DNA of 53,192 nucleotides, the filler included, from Bipalium vagum (taxonomy: Eukaryota): NCBI GenBank assembly GCA_037834085.1. It is 3 parts of 3 records of this genome, joined end to end, with 100 filler letters (N's around TTAATTAATTAA, not from the genome) between each part and the next. Parts side by side here need not be neighbours in the genome. Positions count along the whole stretch, not along the records: positions 16,669 to 35,275 come from JBBMKC010024632.1; 2 more parts are not named here. One strand, given 5' to 3'. Shown in pieces: positions 23,701-35,375 of the stretch (its first letter is position 1; every line of letters begins with the position of its first letter). A program made the translations under genes and the position numbers. Below the pieces are notes generated by a model. The model had not been told where the DNA came from. It did no database searches and saw only the letters and a list, made by a program, of their open reading frames with translations.

Positions 23701-24883
23701 TTAGGTCGTCACATATGAAATGTCCGATTTTTTAAACTACTATAATTCACGTAATATTCAACATTTGGAACTTATTTAAATATTTTGAAACGTTAAATCT
23801 GGAGAATCAATATATACTATTTGTTCTAAAAAGATAATTATTTAAAATAATTTTAGACGGCATTGGAATGATATTAAAAAATACGGAAATGCAAACAATT
23901 TTTTTATATGAATGGAAATTAATGCATAATGCGTCAGAAGCTGCCCGAAACATCAATTTCACATTTGGAAAGGGATCAGCTAATGAAAGAACTATTCGGA
24001 GGTGGTTCAAAAATTTTCAAAATGATTATATGACCCGGGTAATTGAAGAGAGGAGTCGCCCCGGGGCTAAATACCAAGCAATCAGTTCGAGAACTAGGAA
24101 AAACGTTAGTCGTCAGACCATTTGCCGACATTTGAAAGACATTGGAATGAAAAAAAGATGGATCAATAGGTTCCTCATTTATTGAGTAATTCTCAAAAAT
24201 CGCAGAGATTGAAAAATTGCCAAATACTGCTGTATCAAAATGAAAAAAACCCATTTTTAAATCGCATCGTCACGTGTGATGAAAAATGTGTTATTCATTA
24301 CAATCGTAGACGTTCTGCTCAATGGTTAGATGCCGACTAAGCCTCTTTACATTGTCTCCCATTTACACCCGAAAAAGACAATGATAACAGTATGGTGGTC
24401 TATGGCTGGAGTCATACATTTTTCTTTATTGGAACAAGGTGAAACTATTAACTCAGATAGATATTGTTCCGAAATTGAAATAATGCATCAGCTTTATGCA
24501 TTAAACAACCTTCTTTGGTCAATAGGAAAGGAATCATACTCTTGCATGATAATGCCAGACCACATGTGTCAAAGAAGACGTTACAAAAGCTGTTAGACTT
24601 AAAAATTGAAACTTTGAAACATCCACCATATTCGCCCGACTTATCTCCGGCAGATTATCATTTTTTAAGCATTTGGATAATATTTTGGATAAAAAATTAT
24701 TGCTAACCCGAATCCAGAGAATCCACATAGAATCCACTGGCATTTTAAAACTAGTTTCTAGGTAGCAAAAATGTGTAAATTCTGTTGGTGAATATTCCAA
24801 TTAAATAAAACTGTTTTTTATTGGACTATTATTGCTTTTTATTGCATATTACGTATTCGGATATTTCATATGTGAAAACCTAA
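23701..24883 (+). mobile_element. Mariner (DD34D) element, disrupted
   Basis: TIRs TTAGGTCGTCACATATGAAATGTCCGA / reverse complement TTAGGTTTTCACATATGAAATATCCGA, with TA flanks. VTCDEK and HDNARPH...HPPYSPDLSPADY with exactly 34 residues between the two Asp. Confidence 0.92.
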
Positions 24884-24889
24884 TATATT

Positions 24890-25900
24890 TTCGAATCCTT
24901 TTTTTATGCTCAATAAACATAATTAACTCGACTATAGGATTTCTAATCAAGGAATATCTCTCTCTGATTATATCTCCCGTGGATCACGATCCGATTTTGA
25001 TAATATACAATTAAATTCATTTACGATGTTCCAAGATGTTCCCATCAGTTTGAAAAAATTAAATAATTCATTTGTGCTTTTTAAAGGAGTAACTGTAGTA
25101 TCCAAGCGCTCATCATCAAAGTTTTCTTCATCCGACAAGATCTTTATTAAGTCTTTCATTTTATCATAGGCACTGTTCCAGATTGTTGCAGCCAATCGAA
25201 ACAGTGATCATAAATCAATATATATTTTCAAAATTATAAATGCTTTACTAAGGAAGTTTTTATATTTGAAACAATCTTTTATAATTAAATTACAGACATT
25301 CGATGAACTCCCCAAAGGCATAACAGATGGTCTTAATTGAAATTGAATTGATTAATTGAATTGATTGCATCTTATTTGGTGCATTGTCAGTTATAACCAC
25401 AATAATTATAATTCCGAAACTGCCTAGGAATGTTAATGTCTTGGATTTGACTTGTAATATTTGTATATTTTTGACTTGTAACAAAAATGAAAACACTAGA
25501 TTTATCAGAGAAAAATATAGTCATTGATGTTTTTCGTTGCTAACGGTATTTTTCCATCTATCTAAGACCAAAGAAGTCCATGCTCTCGATTTTCTTCAAA
25601 GATTTCAGATCTTAGTTCGAGTGCAATTTTCTGAATCTCATTTCTTACAGTTTTTTAACTCTTTGGACTTCTTCATTTTGAATGAAAAATTATCCAATTT
25701 TAATTGAGAATATCCATTTCTTTTGCTGCTATGTTCTTTGGCATTATATATAGCATTATGTTTCATCTTGAAATGTCTTTTTAATGTATTTGTTCCTGTG
25801 ATTTTCAGATTAAATAAAAATTCGTGTAAACATATTTTACAAGTTGCTTAATCATTTATTATTTCTATATGATATAAATCTGCATAATTGGAAAAACTGT
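24890..25900 (-). mobile_element. hAT transposase remnant
   Basis: BED finger ATCKIC...TGTNTLKRHFKMKH, SLVLDRW, VITDNAPNKM, ATIWNSAYDKM (TRWNSxYxM motif). The 5' end may extend to ~27290 (GGGTTCGGGTT subterminal-like motif). Confidence 0.7.
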
Positions 25901-26042
25901 TCAAAGATTATGATTTATTCGAATAATCTTTTCATTTCTGGAAATCTAATGCTTACAGTTAACAATACAATAATTTTCTAAAAAGTAATATGCTCACATT
26001 TTAATATACAATTAAATGTATTTATAATTTTTACAAATGTTA

Positions 26043-27084
26043 TTAGGTTGTCTCAAAAGTAATGTCGTTTTTAATTCAAGTTGGAATCTTTTTATTTCAA
26101 ATCCGTATTTTATAAGACTGTCACCATTCCAGCACATTCGGAGAAATGATTTCATATTTCAAAATCATCCTTCACAGTCGTCACTAGTAATTGTATCTAT
26201 TTCTTCTTTCATGGAATCTAATAATTCATCTTCTGAAGTACAATTGCATCTTTTACAAAATTCTTTTATTTCGAAAACATTTTCGTTTGGGTTTAGTATT
26301 GGAGAGTAGGGTGAAAGATATTGTATAATGTAATTTCATATAGATTTGTTTTATTATATTAAAATCATTAGTAATTTGGCGATTTTATAAAATATACGTA
26401 ATTAATAATTTTTTATTATAGAAATTTAATAACAAACATTAAATAGAAATGACAGACAAAATAGCAAGTGATGACCACATAAGCAATTGCGTGCTGTATG
26501 AATTTTTAACCATGGGAAAACGACACCAGAAACAATGAAGTCAATAAAAAAAAATTATTCAGATATTTTCGATCTGAGGAAATGTCAGAAGTGGTTTAGA
26601 CGGTTCAAATTCGGAAATTTTGATTTATGAGATGCCCATAGAACTGACAGGCCATCAACTGTAGATATGAATACTATCAAGGCTGCTGTGAAAGTTAATC
26701 CATCTCAACCCTTGGATAACTTGATTAATGAACTCAAATATGATAGAGAAACAATTCATCGAAATTTACATGATATGGGGAAAATAAGCAGAGCAGGAAT
26801 ATGGGCCCCACACGAACTTACCAAAAAACACAAAAATCAACTTTTTTCGATTTTCAAAATGATCATTTTAAGGCAGAATAATGAATACTTTCGGGACCGC
26901 GTTATAAATGGTAGCAAAAAGTGATTTATGTATGACAACTTTAATCATAAAAGCCAATTGGCTTTCACCTGACCAAAAACCTGAATTCACTGCAAAGCTA
27001 AATATGATTAATATATGTATTTTAAATTAATGTTTTATCATCAAACCTTTGTAAAAAAACGACATGATCTTTGAGATGGCATAA
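26043..27084 (+). mobile_element. Internally deleted mariner carrying an inverted Tc1/IS630 (DDE) fragment
   Basis: TIRs TTAGGTTGTCTCAAAAGTAATGTCGTTTTT / reverse complement TTATGCCATCTCAAAGATCATGTCGTTTTT. Mariner N-terminal half from 26449 (CQKWFRRF, RTDRP, IWAPHEL). Minus-strand 26110-26335 reads YLSPYSPILNPNENVF. Confidence 0.75.
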
Positions 27085-28089
27085 TATATAATTATTTTTT
27101 TAGTTTTTTTTTATTAGTATTAAAATTTTTAAAAATATTTTTCAGGAATTAATTTTATAATAATATAAGTTATAATTTATAACTTATAAATCAATACATA
27201 CTGCACAATAACCCATACGAGCTACTCTGAAAAATCGTCTCAAATTCTCGGATTTAGGGTTCGGGTTCATCCCATTTCAGAATATACCCAAAAGAATTCT
27301 ACAATTTATTTTAAAATTTGTTGATGTTTGAAAGTTGTCTTACAGTTTTTTCTCACTTTCTAATCGCAAAAAATACAATACGTTAAAATTTTCTTGGTGG
27401 GTGAATCAAGAATTTTCGATATATTGAAAGAAATAAAAATAACTAATTGATGTTACTTACTAAATTGACCTACATTTTTTGTACTTCATTTTAGTTAAAT
27501 AATATAATAATAATATATTTGGTGAATTACTTCAGTTTTATTTCCATTACTTATAGAGATAAACACAAATCAATGTCTGAAAAAGTTAATTTTTCTGTTT
27601 TCAAATAGTTCTTTCCATAAAATATTTTTTCGATTGGAGTCCAGACATTTCAATCACAAGATGAAAAAACATAAGTTAAGTATAGGAAAAGGTTTAATTC
27701 AAATAGATTTAAATAAAATGCTACATAATTTTGAAAAGAATATTAATTATAATTATTTTATAGTTAAAAATTAATATAATGTGATAGTTCATATTTTCTG
27801 TTTAGTAAATATTGTTTTTGTTCCACATGAAAAGTCAATATTTTTCATTAAGATGTTCTAAAGTTTCTGTCAATAAAATTTATTAGTTTTCTTATTTAAT
27901 AGTGACTTTTCCACTTAATCGATTTCAAATATATATAATGAGACATTAAAAATGTTGAAGAAAACAAATATATAATTAATTTTGACATGATCAGTCCGAT
28001 CCTCATGTCCTCTTGAGTGTACATGTTTTTTCCTATCATTGATATTGCAAAATTCGTGAAATTTGTATTAATGTTACTGTTTTTTTTAG

Positions 28090-28382
28090 AAAATACTTGT
28101 TGCTGGAGGTTATAATGCGAACTGCTGTGATGGAGTCAATACGACGATTTTTTCCCATTCCAATCACAGTGATTCTATCAATGTTACCTCATTAGCGAAA
28201 CTAGTGTCTACGAATTCCAGCAATTCTCTTTCAACCAATTTAACGAATCAAATTAACAAGTCAACCTCTTCGTGTTCCGAAATATCACCGAACTCCAAAG
28301 CCACAAGCAGCAAATCCAAATCTGGACTGGGCAATAACGAAGAATTTGGTAAACGTAAAGAAATAAGATTATTTAAAAATAG
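28090..28382 (+). CDS. CREB: CREB-like gene exon ending in the bZIP basic region
   Basis: TTTTTTTAG acceptor (phase 0), open frame ending EEFGKRKEIRLFKNR, AG|GTAAAA donor (phase 2). Confidence 0.85.
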
Positions 28383-29054
28383 GTAAAAAAAAGTGCTATC
28401 CTTAAAAGCTTTTATCTATAAAAAATTGTGAGTTGTAAATAAACACTTCTCTAAATTGTCTTCACAATCAGTTTCAATGACCGATATATTGGCAAAAATC
28501 ATATTTATTGTTAATAATTAATTGATTAGTTTTGTTAATCAGCTAAATCATCGATTTCATTAATTAATATTGTAATTTTTGAGAATGAAAATGTCATACT
28601 TACCTTGGATAATAATTTTTTTGATAAATGGTGTTATTTTATAAAAAAAATTATTTATCCGACATTTCACTGTAAAAAATGTGAATCTCTTGGTTTTACT
28701 GGGTAAAATAAGTTTGCCAAGCGTAATCTAGCAGTACATATTTATCAGTAACAATTCCTTTCATTTTGACATCGACGATACTGGTAGAGATTAGGTAGAA
28801 ATCCATCAGTAGTTGTGAGGGCAGAGAACTTGAAGTTCTTGTCAAAGTAACGGTTATTAGTCGAAATAATGGGAAATAAATACTCATTGTCTTAGGCATG
28901 TGAAATTTATTAAATAAAACGTGATGAGTTCATATTATTTTTGTTAACTACGTGAATTAAAAGTAATTCGTTTTATAATTAACTAATTTATAAGAAATAT
29001 TTATTTCGTGTTTTAATTTAAAATTATAATTAATTGAAAATTATCAATAAGATA

Positions 29055-29600
29055 TGAAACATGCCAATTTGAGATGTCGTATTGTTGGGTTATTAGAAGT
29101 TGGTAGGTTGAAGATAGCACAAAGAGTTGGGCGAGCCAGATGTGCTGTTCAGTGTATTTGGAAAAATTGAAAAGAGACATGCATGTGAAAACTTTCCCAG
29201 ATCAGGTAGAGCGCGATTAACAAGCAATACAAATGATCGCAAGTCAGAACGATAAAGAACAATCGTTTTGGTTCCATACAAACCTGTAGGTAATTATTAT
29301 AAATCAAATAAGATAAAAATTATGTAACAGCAAAGTTTCCAGTTCCATTATCTGCAGAAAAATTTACCAGGCGAGCGACTTCTAATCTAATTTTCCTCTG
29401 TCGCCGTCCCCCCGATATCGGTTACAATGGTCCAAAGGACGAACAAATGAAGGAATAGCGTATTGCAGGGTTATTGTGTTTTCAGACGATTCACCATTTA
29501 ACTTAGATTTTAATGATGGAAGAGTTCGAGTGAATCGCAAGGATTTCTGAAAGATTTAATGAGGAATTATTTCGAAAATCGCTCTGGGAAAAGACAATAT
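29055..29600 (+). mobile_element. Decayed Tc1-like transposase fragment
   Basis: LRCRIVGLLEVG (HTH start), PRSGRARLTS..DR, and FSDDSPFNLDFNDGRVRVNR (FSDES motif). Confidence 0.6.
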
Positions 29601-30049
29601 TGTAATACTTCCATGGCTAACAATTTTTTAATAAAATGTCTAAATGAAAATGAAATCAACTTCGACTATTTTTATTTAAACACAACTAGTTTCCTCGCCT
29701 TCATTTCTTCTAATGAAATATTGGTTTTCTAATTGATTAAAATTGACCAATCACTTTGTTTTTATTAAATGATAAGTTAAAAATAACAATAATTTTTTAT
29801 TTTGAATATAATATTTCTTTTTCGATATTTGATTTGATTTTTTCGTTCTTTTATAAAATATTGGGAAATGTAGGAATTGAATTATTAACTTACTTTGGAC
29901 AATGGGTTTTTGCAACAAAATATTTTCAATTCTACTAAAAATTTTCAAAAAACTTTTTTGATCTTTTTTCAAAAAATCTATTTTGATATGAAACGAAGAT
30001 TAAAATGTTAAGATGGAACGATATACTACTTCATTTCTCATATATTCAG

Positions 30050-30683
30050 AGAAGCTGCTCGGGAATGTCGTCGGAAAAAAAAGGAATACGTAAAGTGCTT
30101 GGAAAACCGAGTGGCTAATCTCGAAGAACAGAATAGGGTCCTGGTTGGTGAAATCAATCGAATGAAAGGAATTTATGCCATAACATCACCGAAACCATCA
30201 AATCTTCACACCATCACGTCTGAGATCAATAACAAATTCATGGAAGTATATGAAAATTCATCTGATAATCCACTGAAAAATGAGTTTTATGAACCGACAA
30301 CAAACGCCGACCAAACGGATCCACTTTCATCCAAGGAAAAACCGTACGCCAGTCTGACCGGCAACGTTGTATCTGTCAGTGGACTCGTACAATCGACCAT
30401 TTCTAACAACAAAACCAGTATTCCGAAATCTAAACCAAACGCCGCATCCCACATTGATCATTCGCACATGATTCTCAGCACTCCGAGCATAAGTACAGCC
30501 GATAAAGAAGGAAGCAGCACCGGCAGCAGCAGTTTGTTTTTGAAATTCAAAAACGACCCAAATTCCACTTTGTCATTGCTGTTGACAAGTGGAGATCACA
30601 ATCACAAATCTTGCAGCCAATCAAATATCGTATTCCCTGAAAATGTTCCAGAAAGTCGTTCAAACGACCCCCATGATTCTTGA
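30050..30683 (+). CDS. CREB: CREB/ATF1/CREM-family bZIP, terminal exon with ~168-aa C-terminal extension
   Basis: TTCAG acceptor. The join gives RLFKNR-EAARECRRKKKEYVKCLENRVANLEEQNRVLVGEINRM, near-identical to the CREB bZIP. The four exons sum to an intact frame of ~459 aa. Confidence 0.93.
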
Positions 30684-31547
30684 CTGTTCGTTGTGATTTC
30701 AAAAGCGTGTGTAGTAGAAATTCGTTGCTTTGTCATCAATTTTTTGCTGAATGATTTATTGATTGATGTTTTCATCACAATCCGACCTGGGTATAAACAT
30801 TTATTATTACTATTATATTATTAATTTGTTATTATTTTCTTTTTGCTGAGATTTAAAGTTGTATTTTGGCAATTATGTCATCCTTGTACGTGAATATTTA
30901 ATCGGCTTCATGTTACTGATATAAATTTTACTATTTTGTCAAGCATTCCATGTGCTTATGCCCAATGTGGTTCTTGTTTGATTTATGATATTTTTCGTAC
31001 ATTTACTATTGGAATAAATAATGTCTTGTTCGAAAATATTGGATTTCTTTGCAATATTTTTTCACTGGTGAAGTTCAGTATTCCGACAATTATAAAAAGT
31101 TTGTATATTGCTAAAAGAAAAAGGCAGAAAGTTATAGCACTCTTATTATTCATTTTGGTGTCGCCGGACTTAAGACTAAAATGAACTAATTAGATTTTGG
31201 AAAGAGTATATTTAATAATTTTGTTAGCTTTCAAACTAAAATTAACTTGAATATTTTGTCTAAATAAGTGAGTAAATTGAGAGTAAAGATTTTTTGATTT
31301 CTTTCACCATGTTAATGAGATATTTGAGTTAATATGATTTACTTTTCTAAACATATTTTAAAAGAACATTTTAGTTCAATTTCGGCTTAAAAATAGTTTA
31401 ATTCTTTCGTTAAAATTTGGACGTATACTATATATGTTTACATATAATAGTTATGAATGATGTTGGTTAGATTTTTTATAATGAGTAAATAAAATTCCAG
31501 TTTCAAAGTCTGTTCACTTCCGTGTAAATTCAAAAATTTAACTTTCA

Positions 31548-31713
31548 TTTATTTTTATTTCATAATTTTGGCTAATCTCAGTCTATTTTGTTAACTAATG
31601 AACTAAAATATATTTTTAATATATATAAATGTAAAAAATTTTTAAATATATATTTTAGTTCAATAGTTAACAAAATTCACTTAGATTAGCAGAGATTCAG
31701 AAATAAAAATAAG
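31548..31713. repeat. Imperfect long inverted repeat (foldback/MITE-like)
   Basis: Arms of ~65 bp: TTATTTTTATTTC..GCTAATCT..ATTTTGTTAACTAATGAACTAAAATATAT versus ATATATTTTAGTTCAATAGTTAACAAAAT..AGATTAGC..GAAATAAAAATAA. Confidence 0.7.
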
Positions 31714-34675
31714 TATAAAAGCTTAGGTACTTACTATTTTTAGTAGTTAAATCGGTTTAAAAATAATATTATTTTTACAATTTTTGACGCACCTAAATTG
31801 CAGGATTTTCGAAACCATCAATTAGAGTGGTTATTATTATTGTTATTTATAAAAATTTTTCAGCAGGATTTCACAATGGGGCCTCCATTATGATTTTAAA
31901 CCCCTACGCGATTGAGCTGGACTAACGGACGACCCGGGAACTCATTGTCGTTCAGGGTCTAGAGTTTACTTTTTATTAACTTTAATCTAATTGACATTTT
32001 ATTCAAAACCATCTCGTTGATATATTTTAGCGACTTCAATGTACTTTTCGGTTATCTTTAATCATTCATTGAGATGTGTGACTTGATTATTCTTATATTC
32101 TGAATTGTAATAAAGTATTTCTGTGATTGTTTTGATTCACTCTAGTGCGAACAGAGATAAGATTATATTGAAGTTATTTTGATTAAAGAGAATATATTTT
32201 TGTGGTACTTTAAATTTAACGAACCTGGTGTTAATGATGGGTTAGAGAAGTCTGAGCTTAAAGTTACATCTTACAATAGTGAGAAAATATTTTCATTGGT
32301 GAAAAAAAATAGTAAAATCTAGTAATTCACTTTTATAATCACCTATTTTAAACAAAAATGATAAGAAATTGGAAATTTAAGTCCTTCGATAATTCTATAT
32401 CCTTTTCTAACTGTATCGTTAGGAAAATCAATTATAAAATTAGTTTTTTCAACATTATAATAAAATCCTTCAAAAATATTACCTTAGTAAATGAAATAAA
32501 TTTTATTTTGTATTTATTTTATAACTATTATAATTGTTACTTATTTTTAAAGATTGAATTTTAAATAAGCATTTTTTATTTCGAGTAATTATAATTATTT
32601 CGAGTAATTTTTATACAATGATTATAATAATCTCAGTTGATTTTAAAAATATTCAGTTTGTTAAGTTCCTAAAAATGACTGATTATAAGTAAAAAAAAGA
32701 TCGAAATTGGGCTTTTAGGCTACTTAACAAATTATATAATATTAAAAGGGTTTACGGATGGACGTTCAAGCACAAAACTGAAAATCACTGTCACAATATA
32801 AAACAAATGTTTAATATATCTTTATTGGTATAAAATCTTTCACAAAACTTAGGTTATAATTAATTAGATTTTAACTGTTAGATCAGATTTAGTCTAGTGT
32901 GCTAAAGCCCTCAGAAGTTTGCCAGCTAGTAACTGTGAAAATTTAAAACAAAAAGAGAAGAATGAGAAAAACAACAAAAATTTAATTGCTCCTCAATTAA
33001 GAACCGAGTATTTATTTTGAAGAAATTTAAAGTCAATCGGCTAGGATTGCAAAAAGGTTGTTTTTAATAAAGTTTAAATTAATAAAATACTTCTGTGTTG
33101 ATTAAATCAAATAGAATATGTGTAGATAACAGATTAAATGATAATAATTATTATTAACTATGAATTATTTGTTCAGGCTTACAACTGATGACTCTTTCTA
33201 AATTTCCTTTTTCTTTTCTGTTCTGTCTAGGCAAATTGATAACCTATTTATATGGAAAATCTCTCGTTGTTGTCGTTGTGATCTACAACTGACCGTATTT
33301 GATTTTTTAAAGTTCTGGTGATCACATTGATCTCAGTTAACTTATTTATATTATTAATTTTTCTATTTTTGGGAAGTACTAAAGTACTTAAAATATAATT
33401 TATTTCCAATTATAAAACTTATTATTTTTCTATATTTAGTAACCTAAAGTTACTAATTTTAGTTTTACTATTATGTTTCTTTTTATAATTTTTCATAATA
33501 ATTATTATTTGAAGAGTAAAAAACGACAATTATAAACTTTTACAGGAAATAAAAATTAAATGTTTTTAATTCAATACTCAATGATCACACAAAAAATGTT
33601 TATTGTGGGATGCTCCATAATTTCATATTTTTAATGCTTAGATTTTTTATTGGATTAAGATCTAAACTTAATTATTCTTATATTATTTCAATTAATACCG
33701 ATTAACTACTTTTTATTTTATATTAATTAAAATTAAAGTGAAATGAATTCAAAGTAAAAAATCAAATTATATTGAAGCTGTTTCCGGTTGCTGGATTATC
33801 ATTTTTCGACAAATGAGCTGAATATTGTATATTCATAATTCAAAGTTATATTAAAAATGATTAAATTTTACTTCAAAGCTTTTAAATCATTTTATTGCAA
33901 TATTATTTGTCTGTACAATTATATTTCGCTCTCTTAAAATACTTATGCATGTTTTCAAAATTTTTAAAATATTAATTATAATTCAGTAATCATTAACCAA
34001 TTAACTTTTCTCACAATATTCTCATTGAATCATAAAATTAAGTACAAATGACATCGTTCGATTTCTGATGAAACTAGGATAATGAACATGTATAATAGGA
34101 TTTTTATTGCAAATTGATAACAAACATTTTTACAAGTGATAACTTGCAAATATATCGTTGATAACTTTTCATTAAAAAAATATAAAACATTTCAAACACA
34201 TACGAATTCTTTTTTACCTGATTTGTCAATTTAATATTGATATAACAATAAATTATAATGAAAAATAATCGTAATTATAATAATGTATACAAATAATAAA
34301 AACAATACTGATATTGATAATAATAATAAAATATCAATTGAAAGAAATCAATAATATTAAATAATAGAAATAACAATAATATAAACAAAATCGATTATAA
34401 ATATAAACGAGATACTTGCTCACTGAACACGATGTCAATTTTGATTCTCTATTGTCTTAAACAATATATTCATTCACAAGACCGTTTTTTTTTTCATACA
34501 ACAAAAATGAAACTCTGAAATAACGATTTTTGTGAACCGAAAACTCAAACGATCATGGTGAATTACAATAAAAGCAGACCATCAAAGAAGAACAGCGGAT
34601 TGCCCATACAAACGAAAACATATTGAGCTTGTGTGTACCAGATGGGTTGTATTCCAATAAAACGGAACCGAGACT

Positions 34676-34899
34676 TTAACCAAAGGGAGGATACAAAGGA
34701 CCAGAAGTCATATGTCTCGTGTCATGTACCTGCGTTTTGTTTGAAGACCGAGGATTTGTCAAGGCGTTGGAACCAATACGATCCTGTTGGTCTCTGGGGT
34801 GGCTTGGTGAATTAATGGAATGATTTATCGACGACTTGGATGTGGGAGGTGGAGAAACAAATCGATCAAGAGTTTCCAGAGATGCTCGAGGAGCTAAAT
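34676..34899 (-). CDS. Orphan terminal coding exon of an unidentified gene
   Basis: TTTATAG acceptor, locally higher GC, open phase-1 frame (x)LAPRASLETLDRFVSPPPTSKSS...MTSGPLYPPFG*, followed by an AT-rich UTR-like region. No upstream exon identified. Confidence 0.55.
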
Positions 34900-35192
34900 C
34901 TATAAATATAAAGGAATTTTTGGTTTGATGCAGTTTTTGAAAAAATTATTCAACCTTTATTTCCAAGGAAACAAAAAATAGCTAAACAAATTCATATCAG
35001 ATAATACACGAGATAATAAATAATAACAACCAATAAGAAATAAAAATAATAATATAAATTTAAAAACTTAAAAGAAAATAAATATAATTAAAGAAGAAAA
35101 TTGAAAATAATGAAAAAGGTATGACAAACATAACATGACTTAAAATTCTTAAAAAATAATTTTAAAAATTAAATAATAATAATGAATATTTA

Positions 35193-35275
35193 CAATACCC
35201 GCGGAAAGTTTAGGAACACCTATAGAAAACAAAGAAAATTAAAACAAGTACATATTTCATAACATTTATTTAAAA
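35193..35275. mobile_element. Tc1-like terminal repeat running into the gap
   Basis: TA-CAATACCCGCGGAAAGTTTAGGAACACC resembles Tc1-family TIR ends and would explain the contig break. Confidence 0.45.
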
Positions 35276-35375
35276 NNNNNNNNNNNNNNNNNNNNNNNNN
35301 NNNNNNNNNNNNNNNNNNNTTAATTAATTAANNNNNNNNNNNNNNNNNNNNNNNNNNNNNNNNNNNNNNNNNNNN
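35276..35375. other. Artificial scaffold linker (N44-TTAATTAATTAA-N44)
   Basis: Same 100-bp structure as 16569-16668. Confidence 0.97.

Noticed and set aside
33180-34080. CTGATGA motifs as hammerhead ribozyme cores
   Set aside because: No matching stems and GAAA arrangement could be built around them.
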